Source: an uncultured candidate division Zixibacteria bacterium
GTDB lineage: Bacteria; Zixibacteria; MSB-5A5; UBA10806; 4484-95
Length of the DNA stretch: 64,000 bases
NCBI GenBank assembly: GCA_963668625.2
Contig: CAXXKA010000010.1
Location: 414,218 to 478,217, forward strand
Direction: 5' to 3'
The translations under genes were made by a program, and so were the position numbers. The notes under the pieces were generated by a model. It had not been told where the DNA came from. It searched no databases and saw nothing but the letters and a program-made list of their open reading frames with translations. Positions 49,611 through 59,867 of this stretch are shown here, one piece after another. The first letter of the stretch is position 1. Each line of letters opens with the position of its first letter.

Positions 49611-52442
49611 ATGCGTAGGCTGATCCAAAAATTATTCGATATCCGCGATGGTGAATGGCTTCGCGCTTTCATGATGTTCGCCTATATGTTCCTGATTATC
49701 GGTTCGCTGATGATAGTCAAACCAATTCGCAATTCTCTGTTTCTGACGAAATTCGGCGCTTCACAATTGCCTTTCGCCTACGTGCTCGTGGCTATCGTAG
49801 CCGCGTTCGTGGTCTGGATATACTCGAAAATATCATCACGTATCAGATTGAGCCAGCACATCTTTTATACGAACGTATTATTCATCGCAGCGTTCTCAAT
49901 TTCCTGGCTGCTTCTGAATAACGGCTATCAATCGGGTTGGTTTATCTACTCGTTTTATGTTTGTGTCGCGATTTTCGGCGTAATCAGCAGCGCTCAATTC
50001 TGGCTTTTGGCTAATTTCGTGTTCAATGCCAGAGAGGCGAAGAGGCTATTCGGATTTATCGGGGCGGGAGGTATCGTTGGCGGTATATTCGGTGGATACC
50101 TGACCAATTATTTAGCCGAGATATTAACCACACATAATTTGATTTTTATATGCATCGCTTTTCTGATTTTATGCATATTTTTACTTTGGAGTATCAGGAT
50201 GGGAGGCATCCGGCGTTTTCAAGCTGGCAAGTTTCAACGTCGTAATACCTCCGAAAGCGGATATGATGAAAGCCTCATTAAAATATTCAGTAATTCCCGT
50301 CACCTTTTATATTTGGCGGGGATAGTTGGAATAAGCGTTATAGTAGCCAACCTTGTGGATTACCAGTTCAGTGCTACCGCCTCCAGCTTTATAGAGAATG
50401 AGGATGAGCTAACTGCGTTCTTCGGTTTTTGGCTTTCGACACTAAGTGTAGTATCACTTGTCATTCAGCTTCTGCTCACCGGCAGGGTACTGAAATACGC
50501 CGGCGTCATATCATCCATGATGTTTCTACCCCTGGGGATTCTTCTCGGCGCTGCGGCAATTATGATATTTCCCGCTCTGTGGTCGGCGGTATTTATTAAG
50601 GTCAGCGACGGTAGTTTCAAACATTCGATTAATAAAGCAGGTATGGAGCTTCTTATTTTACCGATTCCCGCGAGGATTAAAAACCGCGCTAAAACGTTCA
50701 TCGATGTATTCGTTGATAACCTTGCTACCGGTATCGGCGGTATTCTACTCATAATCTTAACTCTGGTTCTCGATCTGTCCATCCAGCATATCAGCTTGAT
50801 GATAATCATTTTCGTCTTAATCTGGATCTACCTGGTTGTTAGGGTAAGAGGAGAATATATAGATTCATTCCGTCATGCTATCGAAAAGCGCACGATAAAC
50901 TTTGCCGAGCAGACGGTTAACCTCCAGGATGCCTCGGTGTTGAAAACCTTCATTAAAGTATTGGATGGTGAAAACGAACGCCAGATTCTTTATGTGTTGA
51001 AGCTATTCAGCGATTTCAAGAATAAAGAGCTTGCCCCATATCTCGAAAAACTGATCGACCATGATTCTCATGATATCAAAACAGCGGTGCTCCAGTTGGC
51101 ATTGGCCTATCCTGAAATCGATCTTTCCCGGAAAGCCGAATCCCTGGTCAGGGCGGAGAGTCAGGAGGTAAGGATTTCGGCCATTGATTATCTGTGCAAA
51201 CGATCTGATGACGCTGTTGCCTGCATAACTTCATATATCGAGGATGAAAATTTATATGTACGAGGCGCGGCTATGCTTCACGCGGCGGATATGATGAGCC
51301 GTGATGCTACCTTAAGAAAACGTCTAAATCTCAATGAGTATTATGACAGGATGGTAAAAAGTATAACTGATAGTGATAATAATGACAATCAGGTTGCCTA
51401 TATAAAAACCGCCGCGGCTGAAGTTGCCGGTATAGCGGGTGATACGACATTGTACCCATACATTCACCTAATGTTAAATGATAAAAATCTGGATGTTGTC
51501 AGGCAGGCTATCATTAGCGCTGGGCAATCGCATCAAAAAGAATTCATTCCCGTATTGATCCCACTTTTGGAGAGAAAGTATCTGAGGAAATCGGTACGTG
51601 AAGCTTTAGCCGAATTTGGCGAGGAAGTTGTTTCACCTCTGGCCGGGTATCTCGAAAATGAATCATCCGCCCGATCTATCAAGCTAGCTATTCCCCGGGT
51701 ACTTTCGCTAATCGATTCGCCGAAATCGATGAAAGTATTGCTAACTCATATCGACCAGCGAAACCTGATATTACGTTATGAGATTATCAAGGCCTTGAGC
51801 AGGCTTAAATCCAAGTACCCCAAGTTGAAAATAGACAACCAGAAGGTCGAACAGCATATTTATGATGAGAGTCGTAACTATTTTAAAGTGCTCACGGTAT
51901 TGAATTATCATCTATCACTCCGGCGTTTGAGCAGTTCCATGAAATCCGGTGATAACGATAACACGGTAGAAAAAGCCTTGACCCTGTTGATAAAGGCGCT
52001 GGAGGAACGGCTCGATAGTAACCTGGAAAGAATATTCCGTTTGCTTGGTTTGCGTTATATTCCCGATGATATGTACAATGCTTACCTGGGTGTACTGAGC
52101 AGAAAAAGCGATTTGCAGGCTAATTCGATAGAATTTCTGGATAACGTACTCGAGCCTAAATTGAAACGTCTGATTATTCCTATCGTGGAAACGACCTCCT
52201 CCGAGATATTACTGAGCCAGACCCATAATCTCATAGATGTCGATTTGCCGGTTAACGACCAGTGTTTCGAATTCATCCTTAACGGCAATGATAATTGGCT
52301 TAAAGTTTGCGCATTGTATTTTCTGACGGAATCCAGAAGCGATCGTTGTATGGATATTATCGCCAGGCTTACCAACGACTACGATCCGATGGTAAAGGAG
52401 ACAGCGAACAGGTATATCAAAATCATGAGAGAGTCGAATTGA
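49611..52442 (+). CDS. NTT/Tlc-family nucleotide transporter fused to HEAT repeats
   Basis: IVKPIRNSLFL, QFWLLAN.VF..REAKRLFG.IGAG, DYQF and HSINKAGMELL.LPI...K.RAK.FID; about 500-aa helical HEAT-like C-terminus. Confidence 0.88.
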   Translation: MRRLIQKLFDIRDGEWLRAFMMFAYMFLIIGSLMIVKPIRNSLFLTKFGASQLPFAYVLVAIVAAFVVWIYSKISSRIRLSQHIFYTNVLFIAAFSISWLLLNNGYQSGWFIYSFYVCVAIFGVISSAQFWLLANFVFNAREAKRLFGFIGAGGIVGGIFGGYLTNYLAEILTTHNLIFICIAFLILCIFLLWSIRMGGIRRFQAGKFQRRNTSESGYDESLIKIFSNSRHLLYLAGIVGISVIVANLVDYQFSATASSFIENEDELTAFFGFWLSTLSVVSLVIQLLLTGRVLKYAGVISSMMFLPLGILLGAAAIMIFPALWSAVFIKVSDGSFKHSINKAGMELLILPIPARIKNRAKTFIDVFVDNLATGIGGILLIILTLVLDLSIQHISLMIIIFVLIWIYLVVRVRGEYIDSFRHAIEKRTINFAEQTVNLQDASVLKTFIKVLDGENERQILYVLKLFSDFKNKELAPYLEKLIDHDSHDIKTAVLQLALAYPEIDLSRKAESLVRAESQEVRISAIDYLCKRSDDAVACITSYIEDENLYVRGAAMLHAADMMSRDATLRKRLNLNEYYDRMVKSITDSDNNDNQVAYIKTAAAEVAGIAGDTTLYPYIHLMLNDKNLDVVRQAIISAGQSHQKEFIPVLIPLLERKYLRKSVREALAEFGEEVVSPLAGYLENESSARSIKLAIPRVLSLIDSPKSMKVLLTHIDQRNLILRYEIIKALSRLKSKYPKLKIDNQKVEQHIYDESRNYFKVLTVLNYHLSLRRLSSSMKSGDNDNTVEKALTLLIKALEERLDSNLERIFRLLGLRYIPDDMYNAYLGVLSRKSDLQANSIEFLDNVLEPKLKRLIIPIVETTSSEILLSQTHNLIDVDLPVNDQCFEFILNGNDNWLKVCALYFLTESRSDRCMDIIARLTNDYDPMVKETANRYIKIMRESN

Positions 52443-52443
52443 A

Positions 52444-52472
52444 TTGACCATTTTGACAGAATGCGCTAATTT
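52444..52472 (+). promoter_or_regulatory. Putative internal sigma70 promoter for the cNMP-binding gene
   Basis: TTGACC-17 bp-TAATTT, then SD AGGAGG. Confidence 0.45.
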
Positions 52473-52504
52473 AATAGCGATATCAGGAGGAGACCGAAGA
52501 ACTT

Positions 52505-52930
52505 ATGCTGACAGCGGTTGAAAAAGTAATATTTCTTCAGGATGTCGACATTTTCCAGTTGATATCCACGGAGGATTTGGCCCGCGTTGCCACCATTACC
52601 GAGGAGATAGAGTATAAGGACGGACAGGAGTTGTTTAAAATTAACGATCTTTCCGATTCCATGTACATGGTTATTGAGGGTAAAGTTAAGATGGACAGGG
52701 ACGACCAAACCGTGATGATAGCCGCGCATAAGGATGTTTTCGGAACATGGGCGCTATTTGATGATGAAACCAGGGTGGTTAACGCGACCGTAATAGAACA
52801 GTCAACCTTGCTGAAAATAGATAAAGATGATTTTATCGATCTTTTGGCTGATAATGTAAGAATTACCCAGAGCGTTTTGAAAGCAATGGTTGTAAAACTT
52901 CGCAATTTGATGACCCGAACCAGGGTTTGA
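52505..52930 (+). CDS. Stand-alone cyclic nucleotide-binding domain protein
   Basis: EKV.FL..V.IF, LF...D.SD.MY.VIEG.V and FG.WAL.D...R...A motifs. Confidence 0.88.
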   Translation: MLTAVEKVIFLQDVDIFQLISTEDLARVATITEEIEYKDGQELFKINDLSDSMYMVIEGKVKMDRDDQTVMIAAHKDVFGTWALFDDETRVVNATVIEQSTLLKIDKDDFIDLLADNVRITQSVLKAMVVKLRNLMTRTRV

Positions 52931-53043
52931 CAGCCGAAAATATCAGCGAATTCTAAAATCTGGCTTGCTTATATGCAACTTTTTGATTTATTTATAGTAG
53001 TAATAACATTGAATCGGTGTAATAAACTTATTGGGAGACTGGG

Positions 53044-53526
53044 ATGGCAGATACAGATAGCAAAGAAGTAATTGTCATTGTTGATGATGAGGAGATGGTA
53101 TTAACCAGTCTCAGTTCGTTTTTATCCCTCGAAACCGGCTACAACGTAAAAACATTTCTTTCGGCCAAGGAGGCATTGGCTTTCATAGAGGGCAATTCTA
53201 TCGATCTGGTGGTTTCCGATTATTTAATGCCGGAAATGGATGGCATCTCTTTCCTGGCCGAGGTCAAGAAACTTCATCCCGAAGTACCGAGGATAATTTT
53301 AACCGGTTACGCCGATAAAGAAAACGCTATCAAAGCTATCAACGATGTCGGCCTGTTTCAGTATATCGAGAAACCGTGGGATAATGACGATCTATTGATT
53401 ATCTTCCGTAACGGCCTCGAAAAGCAACGCCTGATGAAGAAACTTCAGGATAAAATAAAAGAGATAAACGGCGCCTACGCCGAGCTCGATAATCTTCACA
53501 AAGAGATACTGAAGACTTTCATTTAG
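53044..53526 (+). CDS. Single-domain response regulator (REC plus short coiled coil)
   Basis: IVDDE, SDYLMP.MDG, LTGY and KPW motifs; no DNA-binding domain. Confidence 0.92.
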   Translation: MADTDSKEVIVIVDDEEMVLTSLSSFLSLETGYNVKTFLSAKEALAFIEGNSIDLVVSDYLMPEMDGISFLAEVKKLHPEVPRIILTGYADKENAIKAINDVGLFQYIEKPWDNDDLLIIFRNGLEKQRLMKKLQDKIKEINGAYAELDNLHKEILKTFI

Positions 53527-53649
53527 TTAATTAACTATTTACGATTGCTATATGAATGAACATTAGTATAGTTTATCATTGCTGTTCGGTATTTAGATTT
53601 CGTTCTGGAATATGGAAGAAAATAGAAACGAAGTTTTTCAAATACGGTA

Positions 53650-53675
53650 GGCTGCAAAATCGGAGCTTTGCAGCC
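53650..53675. terminator. Hairpin between convergent genes
   Basis: GGCTGCAAA-N8-TTTGCAGCC. Confidence 0.5.
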
Positions 53676-53749
53676 GGTAACAGCCGACTTAAGTCAGCAG
53701 GATAAAAGCCACCGGCGCTGTGCCCGATGGTAGTATACTTAATATAATA

Positions 53750-54817
53750 TCACCAATTTTCAGGCAAATGAAGTATCATAGCGAACGGCGGGTCATCCGG
53801 ATGCTTATCGTATATCAGTACCAGGCTTTTGCCTTTCTCGAACCAGCCCATACCCTCCCAGTTTACATTTTCCCAATCGCTTGCCCGTAATGATTCGATG
53901 GCTGCTTTCATATGTTTCGCCATCCTGATGCCTATACTCTCGTAGAAAATATGATCGAGATTATCCATGGCTTTTTTAGCGTGTTCGTTAATATCAATAG
54001 GATAGCCTAAAGGATTGCCTTCCAAATCGAATTTCTGTAGTATCTTATACTCGTATGATGCTCTCTCATCGGAATCCTCAGGCGGGCAGTTTTCCGATTG
54101 CAGCAATACTATCAAGCAGTCGACGCGATTATCGCCGACGAAATATTCATGCCAGGCTACTGCCGAGCCTCGATATCTCTGACCACGGGATTCATTGTCC
54201 GGAAGCGGAGTATCTAGCGCGAACTGTTGTGGTTTATGCGTATCGTCGCCGGGAATGCTATGTATCAGTACTCTTGGTTTAAGTGATTTGCCGTCAACGC
54301 ATTCTCGAATTTCCTCAGGGATGATAGCGCCGATCGGGTAGCCGCCTTCCCAGAGAACGGCCAACTCGTAACCTCCATGGCTGCTATTTTTTACCGCCAT
54401 GCCCTCCAGACCGCGATTGCCGAACTCGGTATACGATTTGTTATAGTATGATATTATCGAATACTGTTTGGTGTTTTTGTCTTTTTTCCCGATCAGCGAA
54501 TGCAGCAACTCGGATAATACGATTACTTCGCCGTCACCGGTTAAACCGATAGCCTCTAGATCGCCTGCCAACTCGGCTCCTGGCAATTTTACCTCGCGGG
54601 TTTTAGCCGGATCGATTGGTATTACATCGTAGTCATAGGCGGGTATATCGTACTCATAATACACGCCGGGTACATTATCGCTGACAATAAGCAGTTTATC
54701 ACCGGATCTGGTGATACCCGAGGCCTCCGTGATTTTAACTTTATTATCCTGACAAAATAAAACTGAAGTAAACACGAATAACATCATTAATATCAGGATG
54801 GATTTCATCGAAATCAT
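53750..54817 (-). CDS. Secreted hypothetical protein, phytase-like/SdiA-regulated-type beta-propeller
   Basis: Signal peptide; repeated EASG / DLEAI / GLEGM / NWEGM motifs, with SD near the N-terminus and YD near the C-terminus. Confidence 0.6.
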   Translation of the reverse strand: MISMKSILILMMLFVFTSVLFCQDNKVKITEASGITRSGDKLLIVSDNVPGVYYEYDIPAYDYDVIPIDPAKTREVKLPGAELAGDLEAIGLTGDGEVIVLSELLHSLIGKKDKNTKQYSIISYYNKSYTEFGNRGLEGMAVKNSSHGGYELAVLWEGGYPIGAIIPEEIRECVDGKSLKPRVLIHSIPGDDTHKPQQFALDTPLPDNESRGQRYRGSAVAWHEYFVGDNRVDCLIVLLQSENCPPEDSDERASYEYKILQKFDLEGNPLGYPIDINEHAKKAMDNLDHIFYESIGIRMAKHMKAAIESLRASDWENVNWEGMGWFEKGKSLVLIYDKHPDDPPFAMILHLPENW

Positions 54818-54956
54818 ATTATCTCCTTTTCCTGAACGGAATATACCAATAGTCGGCTCAGTAGTAAAGTTATGATTCGCCGCTAATTTAGCGGATTGTC
54901 ATTTTCAATTTTCGTACGTACCTGAACCGAATACCGGCTAATCGATAATCATTTCC

Positions 54957-56450
54957 CTAGGGCTGATATGATTTCATGAATTCATCCTGAAGGTAATCAT
55001 GCATCATATAATCCGTCGAAGAGGTATCGGGTTGAGATAGATATTCGAACGGCCGGGAGCTATCGTAAGCAAGTATCGAATGGCAGAGCGTGCAATCATA
55101 TGGTATATGTTCGCCATCCTCACTAACCAGTTTATTGTTATGACATCTGAAACAACCCTGGTTATTCTTATGGCCGATAAAATTCGGGTAGCTGCCCCAG
55201 GCGATATTCATGCCGGGATGGATATTAGTCGAGTATATCTCTTGAAGCGCCTCGATTGCCCTGTCTATATCCTCGCTTCGTTTGGCAAGTAACTCCGGGT
55301 ACCTGGTTTTGTAAAACCATCTGAACGAATCATCCACTCCCGTCAGACCGGTTTCTTTATCGGGATAGTCGCCTGAGATTGCTGCTAATGCCTGGCGGGC
55401 GGCAAACGGCAATTCTTTTCTGATCTCTCCGGCCAGCATGCTCTTATTTACGGCATTCTCCGGATATTCATATATATGCGTGGCACGATTATGGCAATCT
55501 ACACAATCCATCACCCGGCCATCATGTTCCGAGGGTTTAACACCGGTAAATGATTTATTGGCATAGCGCTCGTATGATCCATCGGGCATCTTGACATCCA
55601 CCCATATCATCTCCCGGCGTTCATCATCAACCGAGGCATACCTGATCTCGTTTGTCGAGTCGATATGCCAGTGTATACCGCTACGCGAATCTCCTCTTTG
55701 CGAATCGATCTTCATCGCCAGAGTGGTGTACTTCGCCGATGAAAGCGAATCATGTTCGTACGAGGTGATCGTTTTCAACCTCGTGCCGTAAAATTTCGAT
55801 GGCCAATGGCATTTCTCGCATGTTTCGCGCGCAGGTCGCAGTTGATGTACCGGTGTGGGGATAGGTTTTTCGTACAGGTTTAATGTAATCGAAAGCATCT
55901 GGTACGCGCCGTTTAGTTTAGAGTTGACCAACGCATCTACGCCCTCGCCTACATGGCATTCTACGCATTTCACCCGGGCATGAGGCGAAACCTGGTAGGT
56001 GGTCCATTCGGGATTCATTACGCTGTGGCAAGCCGTACCGCAGAAATTAGGCGTGTCCATGAAATGAAGCATCTGCGAACTCGCGCCAAGCATAAACAGC
56101 ACGTTCAGGATGGTTAACAGTAACACTGTTCTGAATACTCGCGTACCGAAGATACCGCGCTGCTGATCTTCCTCGGTGAATCGCTCGTTTAATAACTCAC
56201 CTGTTGTTTTACCCGTAGATTTTTTATAACTAAACCAGCCTGCCGGGACGAGTAAAAGCCCTAGAACGAATAACGCCGGGAATAGCAGGTACGTAATCAA
56301 CCCGACATAAGCGTTGGTTAGCAAACCAAGTAAGCGGGTAAGTTCGAGCACTACGAAGGTTACGAAAGAAGATGTAGTCAGGATAACACCCAGCTTGCCG
56401 TACCAGTTAACCGAAACACCACGAATGAATCGTTTGTATTTATCGTACAT
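54957..56450 (-). CDS. NapC/NirT-family membrane-anchored multiheme cytochrome c (six heme motifs)
   Basis: Three N-terminal TM segments; CGTACH (CX3CH), CVECH, CEKCH, CVDCH, CFRCH, CTLCH. Confidence 0.88.
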   Translation of the reverse strand: MYDKYKRFIRGVSVNWYGKLGVILTTSSFVTFVVLELTRLLGLLTNAYVGLITYLLFPALFVLGLLLVPAGWFSYKKSTGKTTGELLNERFTEEDQQRGIFGTRVFRTVLLLTILNVLFMLGASSQMLHFMDTPNFCGTACHSVMNPEWTTYQVSPHARVKCVECHVGEGVDALVNSKLNGAYQMLSITLNLYEKPIPTPVHQLRPARETCEKCHWPSKFYGTRLKTITSYEHDSLSSAKYTTLAMKIDSQRGDSRSGIHWHIDSTNEIRYASVDDERREMIWVDVKMPDGSYERYANKSFTGVKPSEHDGRVMDCVDCHNRATHIYEYPENAVNKSMLAGEIRKELPFAARQALAAISGDYPDKETGLTGVDDSFRWFYKTRYPELLAKRSEDIDRAIEALQEIYSTNIHPGMNIAWGSYPNFIGHKNNQGCFRCHNNKLVSEDGEHIPYDCTLCHSILAYDSSRPFEYLSQPDTSSTDYMMHDYLQDEFMKSYQP

Positions 56451-56459
56451 GGCGATCCG

Positions 56460-57791
56460 CTACCTGGCCTCGAACAGCTTTTCGTATATCTTCTGTAATT
56501 CTCCCGAACGAAGCGACTCTTTCAATTCGCCGGTTTCGGTCAGCATCCACTGATGCATCGGATCATCTTTTAGCATCTTATCGATATAAGCGTTGATTTC
56601 CGGATCATTATACTTCCGCGCCTCCGGCAGGAATTTCAGGTAGAAGTGATGTGCTACCTCATACATGCCATGCCACCAGGTATAATCGGGGCCCATCATA
56701 GCCGCGCCGTGGCGAGTACGTCTGCCCTCGTGATGCCATAACTCCCAGTATATCCATTCGATTTCGTTGGAGAAACCGGCGGGATTTTCCATCAGTTCTT
56801 TATCCTTCACCATCTTCATTATAGCAGTAGCAGGTTTAGCGAATTTCTCGTTATACAGATTCACCATGGCATCGAATTGATAGTAATGCCCATCACTGAA
56901 AGTTTTGCTATGGCAGGTCAAGCACACCTTTTTCATGTTGTCTCGTTTGGCTTGCCAGTTTTCTTTATGTTTTGAAACTGGTGGTCTCAATGTCCAGCTG
57001 ATACGTTGGCCGACATCATGCGTGCTACTCATATCCTTTGCCGCCGACATATGGCAGGTAGCGCAGGTGGGCGCGGCAAAATAATCCTCGCCGGCAATCC
57101 AGCGGTCCGATTCGAGATTCATTTTATGGATATTCGTATAATAAGTATTACCGTGTTTCGACTCCTCGTACACCTCTTTCTGGGGATGATCCGGGCCCAG
57201 ATGGCATTTCGAGCAGGCCTCGGGTTGACGGGCTTGAGCTTTGGAGAAACTATGACGCGTATGACAGGCGTTACAGGAACCTTTGGAACCATCGGGATTG
57301 AGCCTGCCGATACCGGAGTTGGGCCAGCTTTTTTTTCTGAGCTTGTTAGGCGAGTCTGGATCGATTTTCACTTTCGTACCGTGGCAATTTTCGCATCCCT
57401 GAATCGCTACCGGCTCACCGCCGGCGACATTAGCCAGGTAGGAATCAGCAGATTCCAAAATCAATCCGGCGGTAGCGTGATACGAGTTTTCGACCTCAGA
57501 GGCTTCTTGCGCGTGGCAGACTCCGCAATCTTTCGGAGTAACCATGGTTGCAATTAGAGCTCCCTCGTGCATGAAAGCGTCTTGATCGCCTTTTTCCGCG
57601 CCGTGGCAATTTATACAGGTCACGTTATGGCCGGCATGCATGGAGCTATACCATTGACCGTACAGCCCGGTGGAGACCTCCTTATGGCAGGTCATACACT
57701 TCCCGGCGATTTTTGAATCGGTATTTGCCTGTGCTATGCATAATGTTGTTAATACGATAATAAAAATCGACAATAATCCGACAGGTTTCAT
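56460..57791 (-). CDS. Octaheme cytochrome c of the hydroxylamine oxidoreductase (HAO) family
   Basis: Signal peptide; eight CxxCH; CH.RH.FS...AR.P..C..CH.GPDHPQ.E.Y..SKHG, APTCATCHM and HG..M..PD...W.G motifs. Confidence 0.9.
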   Translation of the reverse strand: MKPVGLLSIFIIVLTTLCIAQANTDSKIAGKCMTCHKEVSTGLYGQWYSSMHAGHNVTCINCHGAEKGDQDAFMHEGALIATMVTPKDCGVCHAQEASEVENSYHATAGLILESADSYLANVAGGEPVAIQGCENCHGTKVKIDPDSPNKLRKKSWPNSGIGRLNPDGSKGSCNACHTRHSFSKAQARQPEACSKCHLGPDHPQKEVYEESKHGNTYYTNIHKMNLESDRWIAGEDYFAAPTCATCHMSAAKDMSSTHDVGQRISWTLRPPVSKHKENWQAKRDNMKKVCLTCHSKTFSDGHYYQFDAMVNLYNEKFAKPATAIMKMVKDKELMENPAGFSNEIEWIYWELWHHEGRRTRHGAAMMGPDYTWWHGMYEVAHHFYLKFLPEARKYNDPEINAYIDKMLKDDPMHQWMLTETGELKESLRSGELQKIYEKLFEAR

Positions 57792-58293
57792 GGGTATCCC
57801 CCTTTTCTCTATTATTGGTTGTTATTTCCAATTATCAAGCGATTCTGCTTGCTCGGCAATCCCGGGAGGTAATATCAGAGATGTTATAATGATGCTTTGA
57901 TAAAGCAATTAATGATAACTTCCCGTTAATTGTCAATGGTTTATTCATACTCCGTATTCGGGAAAATATTACATCTCCCGTTTGGATAATAATTATCAAA
58001 CTCGAGCGGCCTTAAATTGAGCTCTTAACAACGAGTTTTTATTTACGATATAATAATGTACCTAATCATCAACGCCCATATCGTTCCTCGAGGCGCCGTT
58101 TATTAACATTAGTATTAATAATTTGAGCAGCTTCAGAATTCTTTGACTTAAATCAAAAGTACGATGTTAATTTTTAGACATAACCGATGAGTTTTACCTT
58201 GCAAAGGTTTCATGATTTGTTGTAACAATCCGATAAGTGGGGAGAAGGTTGTATGATTTCTAACTAGTTAACAAAGCACATTTTAGTAAAGTT

Positions 58294-58758
58294 ATGAAAA
58301 ACAGATTGGAAAATATTTTCGAATTCAGCGAGCATGTACTTTACGGCATAGTCGGGTTCTTTTTGGTATTCACGGCCGTGCTGATAATTTATGGGATCAT
58401 AGAATACACGATAACGCATATATTCACCGGTGAGATCGAAGCCGGAGCTATTCACATTATCGATAAAATGCTACTGGCTTTGATGGTAGCCGAGATTCTA
58501 AACACTATCAGATCATCATTCAAATCGCATAGCCTGGTTGCCGAACCGTTTTTGATAGTCGGCTTGATCGCTATCATCAGGCGCATACTCGTAATAAGCG
58601 TCGAATCGGCGCATGTGATAGGCATCTCGGCCGAGACATTCTATAAGTATATGCTCGAACTGGGTATTCTGGGGGGCCTGACGATCATTATCGTTGTCTC
58701 CATTTACATCCTTCGCAGAAAACCTAGAGCTGAAATAAAAACAAAAGAAATACCATAG
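58294..58758 (+). CDS. Phosphate-starvation-inducible PsiE-family membrane protein
   Basis: Four TM segments; LL.LM.AEIL.T...EPFL.VGLIA.IRRILV. Confidence 0.85.
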   Translation: MKNRLENIFEFSEHVLYGIVGFFLVFTAVLIIYGIIEYTITHIFTGEIEAGAIHIIDKMLLALMVAEILNTIRSSFKSHSLVAEPFLIVGLIAIIRRILVISVESAHVIGISAETFYKYMLELGILGGLTIIIVVSIYILRRKPRAEIKTKEIP

Positions 58759-58784
58759 ATTTTCTAACACACTGGGGGTGATCC

Positions 58785-59867
58785 ATGAATTGGGCGAATC
58801 TGATTCCATATCCCGATCCTATACCGGCTTCATGGGGGATACTGGAATTTTTGAACGTGTTCACTTTCACGATTCATATTCTTCTGATGAACGTGATACT
58901 GGGCGGCAGCCTGCTACTGATATTTACACGGATTAAACATGAACGCGAATCATTCGATCAAACGGCGCCCAGCGCGTTAGCCAGTAAAATTCCTACGATG
59001 TTTGCCCTGACCGTAACTTTCGGAGTAGCGCCATTGTTGTTCCTGCAGGTTCTTTACGGTCATTTGTTTTACAGCAGTTCTATTCTGATGGCAGTGTTCT
59101 GGATATTGATAATTCCCGGATTGATTCTGGCATATTACGGAGCATATATCCATGCCTTAAAACTGTATGATTCCAAAACATTATCGATGACCGCCCTGAT
59201 CATATCCTCGATAATCATGCTTTACATCGCGTTCATGTTCGTAAATAATATCACCCTGATGTATAGCCCTCAAAACTGGAGTATGTATTTCGAGAACAGG
59301 GGAGGAGTTCATCTGAACCTGGGCGATCCGACCATCATACCTCGTTTTCTACATTTCGTCGTAGCCTCGATAGCCGTGGCTGGATTATTTTCGGCGATAG
59401 TCTGGCATATGCGTGAACGCAAGGGCCTCGTGGGTGCGGATGTGAAGGTGCAATCAGGCTTAAGGGTGTTCGGTTTTGCTACGGCTTTGCAGGCCCTGGT
59501 CGGTATCTGGTTTTTACTGGTACTACCGCGGCCTGTCATGATGATTTTCATGGGGCACGACATGGTCACTACGATCTCTCTGACATTGGGGATTCTACTG
59601 ACTATCGGCGTTATAGTGACCGCGTTCAAAGGAAGTTTGAGGCCGACACTGGTACAGTTGCTGCTTCTTATAGTTACCATGATGATTAACAGGGCGTACG
59701 TTCGCTCGGCATATCTCCGCGATTTCTTCGACGTAGCCGAATCGAAAATGGCGCCGCAGTACGGCGTAATGATATTGTTTTTCGTGATTTTCATATTAGG
59801 GCTGATTAGTGTCGGCTATATGATAAAGCTGTCTGTTAATGCCGGCGGAAATGAGGTGAAAGCATGA
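58785..59867 (+). CDS. Polytopic membrane protein, cytochrome bd-superfamily partner subunit (OR-N-like)
   Basis: About nine TM segments; conserved His in FTIHILLMN and PRFLHF; GVAPLLFLQVLYG; overlaps the next start (ATGA). Confidence 0.65.
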   Translation: MNWANLIPYPDPIPASWGILEFLNVFTFTIHILLMNVILGGSLLLIFTRIKHERESFDQTAPSALASKIPTMFALTVTFGVAPLLFLQVLYGHLFYSSSILMAVFWILIIPGLILAYYGAYIHALKLYDSKTLSMTALIISSIIMLYIAFMFVNNITLMYSPQNWSMYFENRGGVHLNLGDPTIIPRFLHFVVASIAVAGLFSAIVWHMRERKGLVGADVKVQSGLRVFGFATALQALVGIWFLLVLPRPVMMIFMGHDMVTTISLTLGILLTIGVIVTAFKGSLRPTLVQLLLLIVTMMINRAYVRSAYLRDFFDVAESKMAPQYGVMILFFVIFILGLISVGYMIKLSVNAGGNEVKA

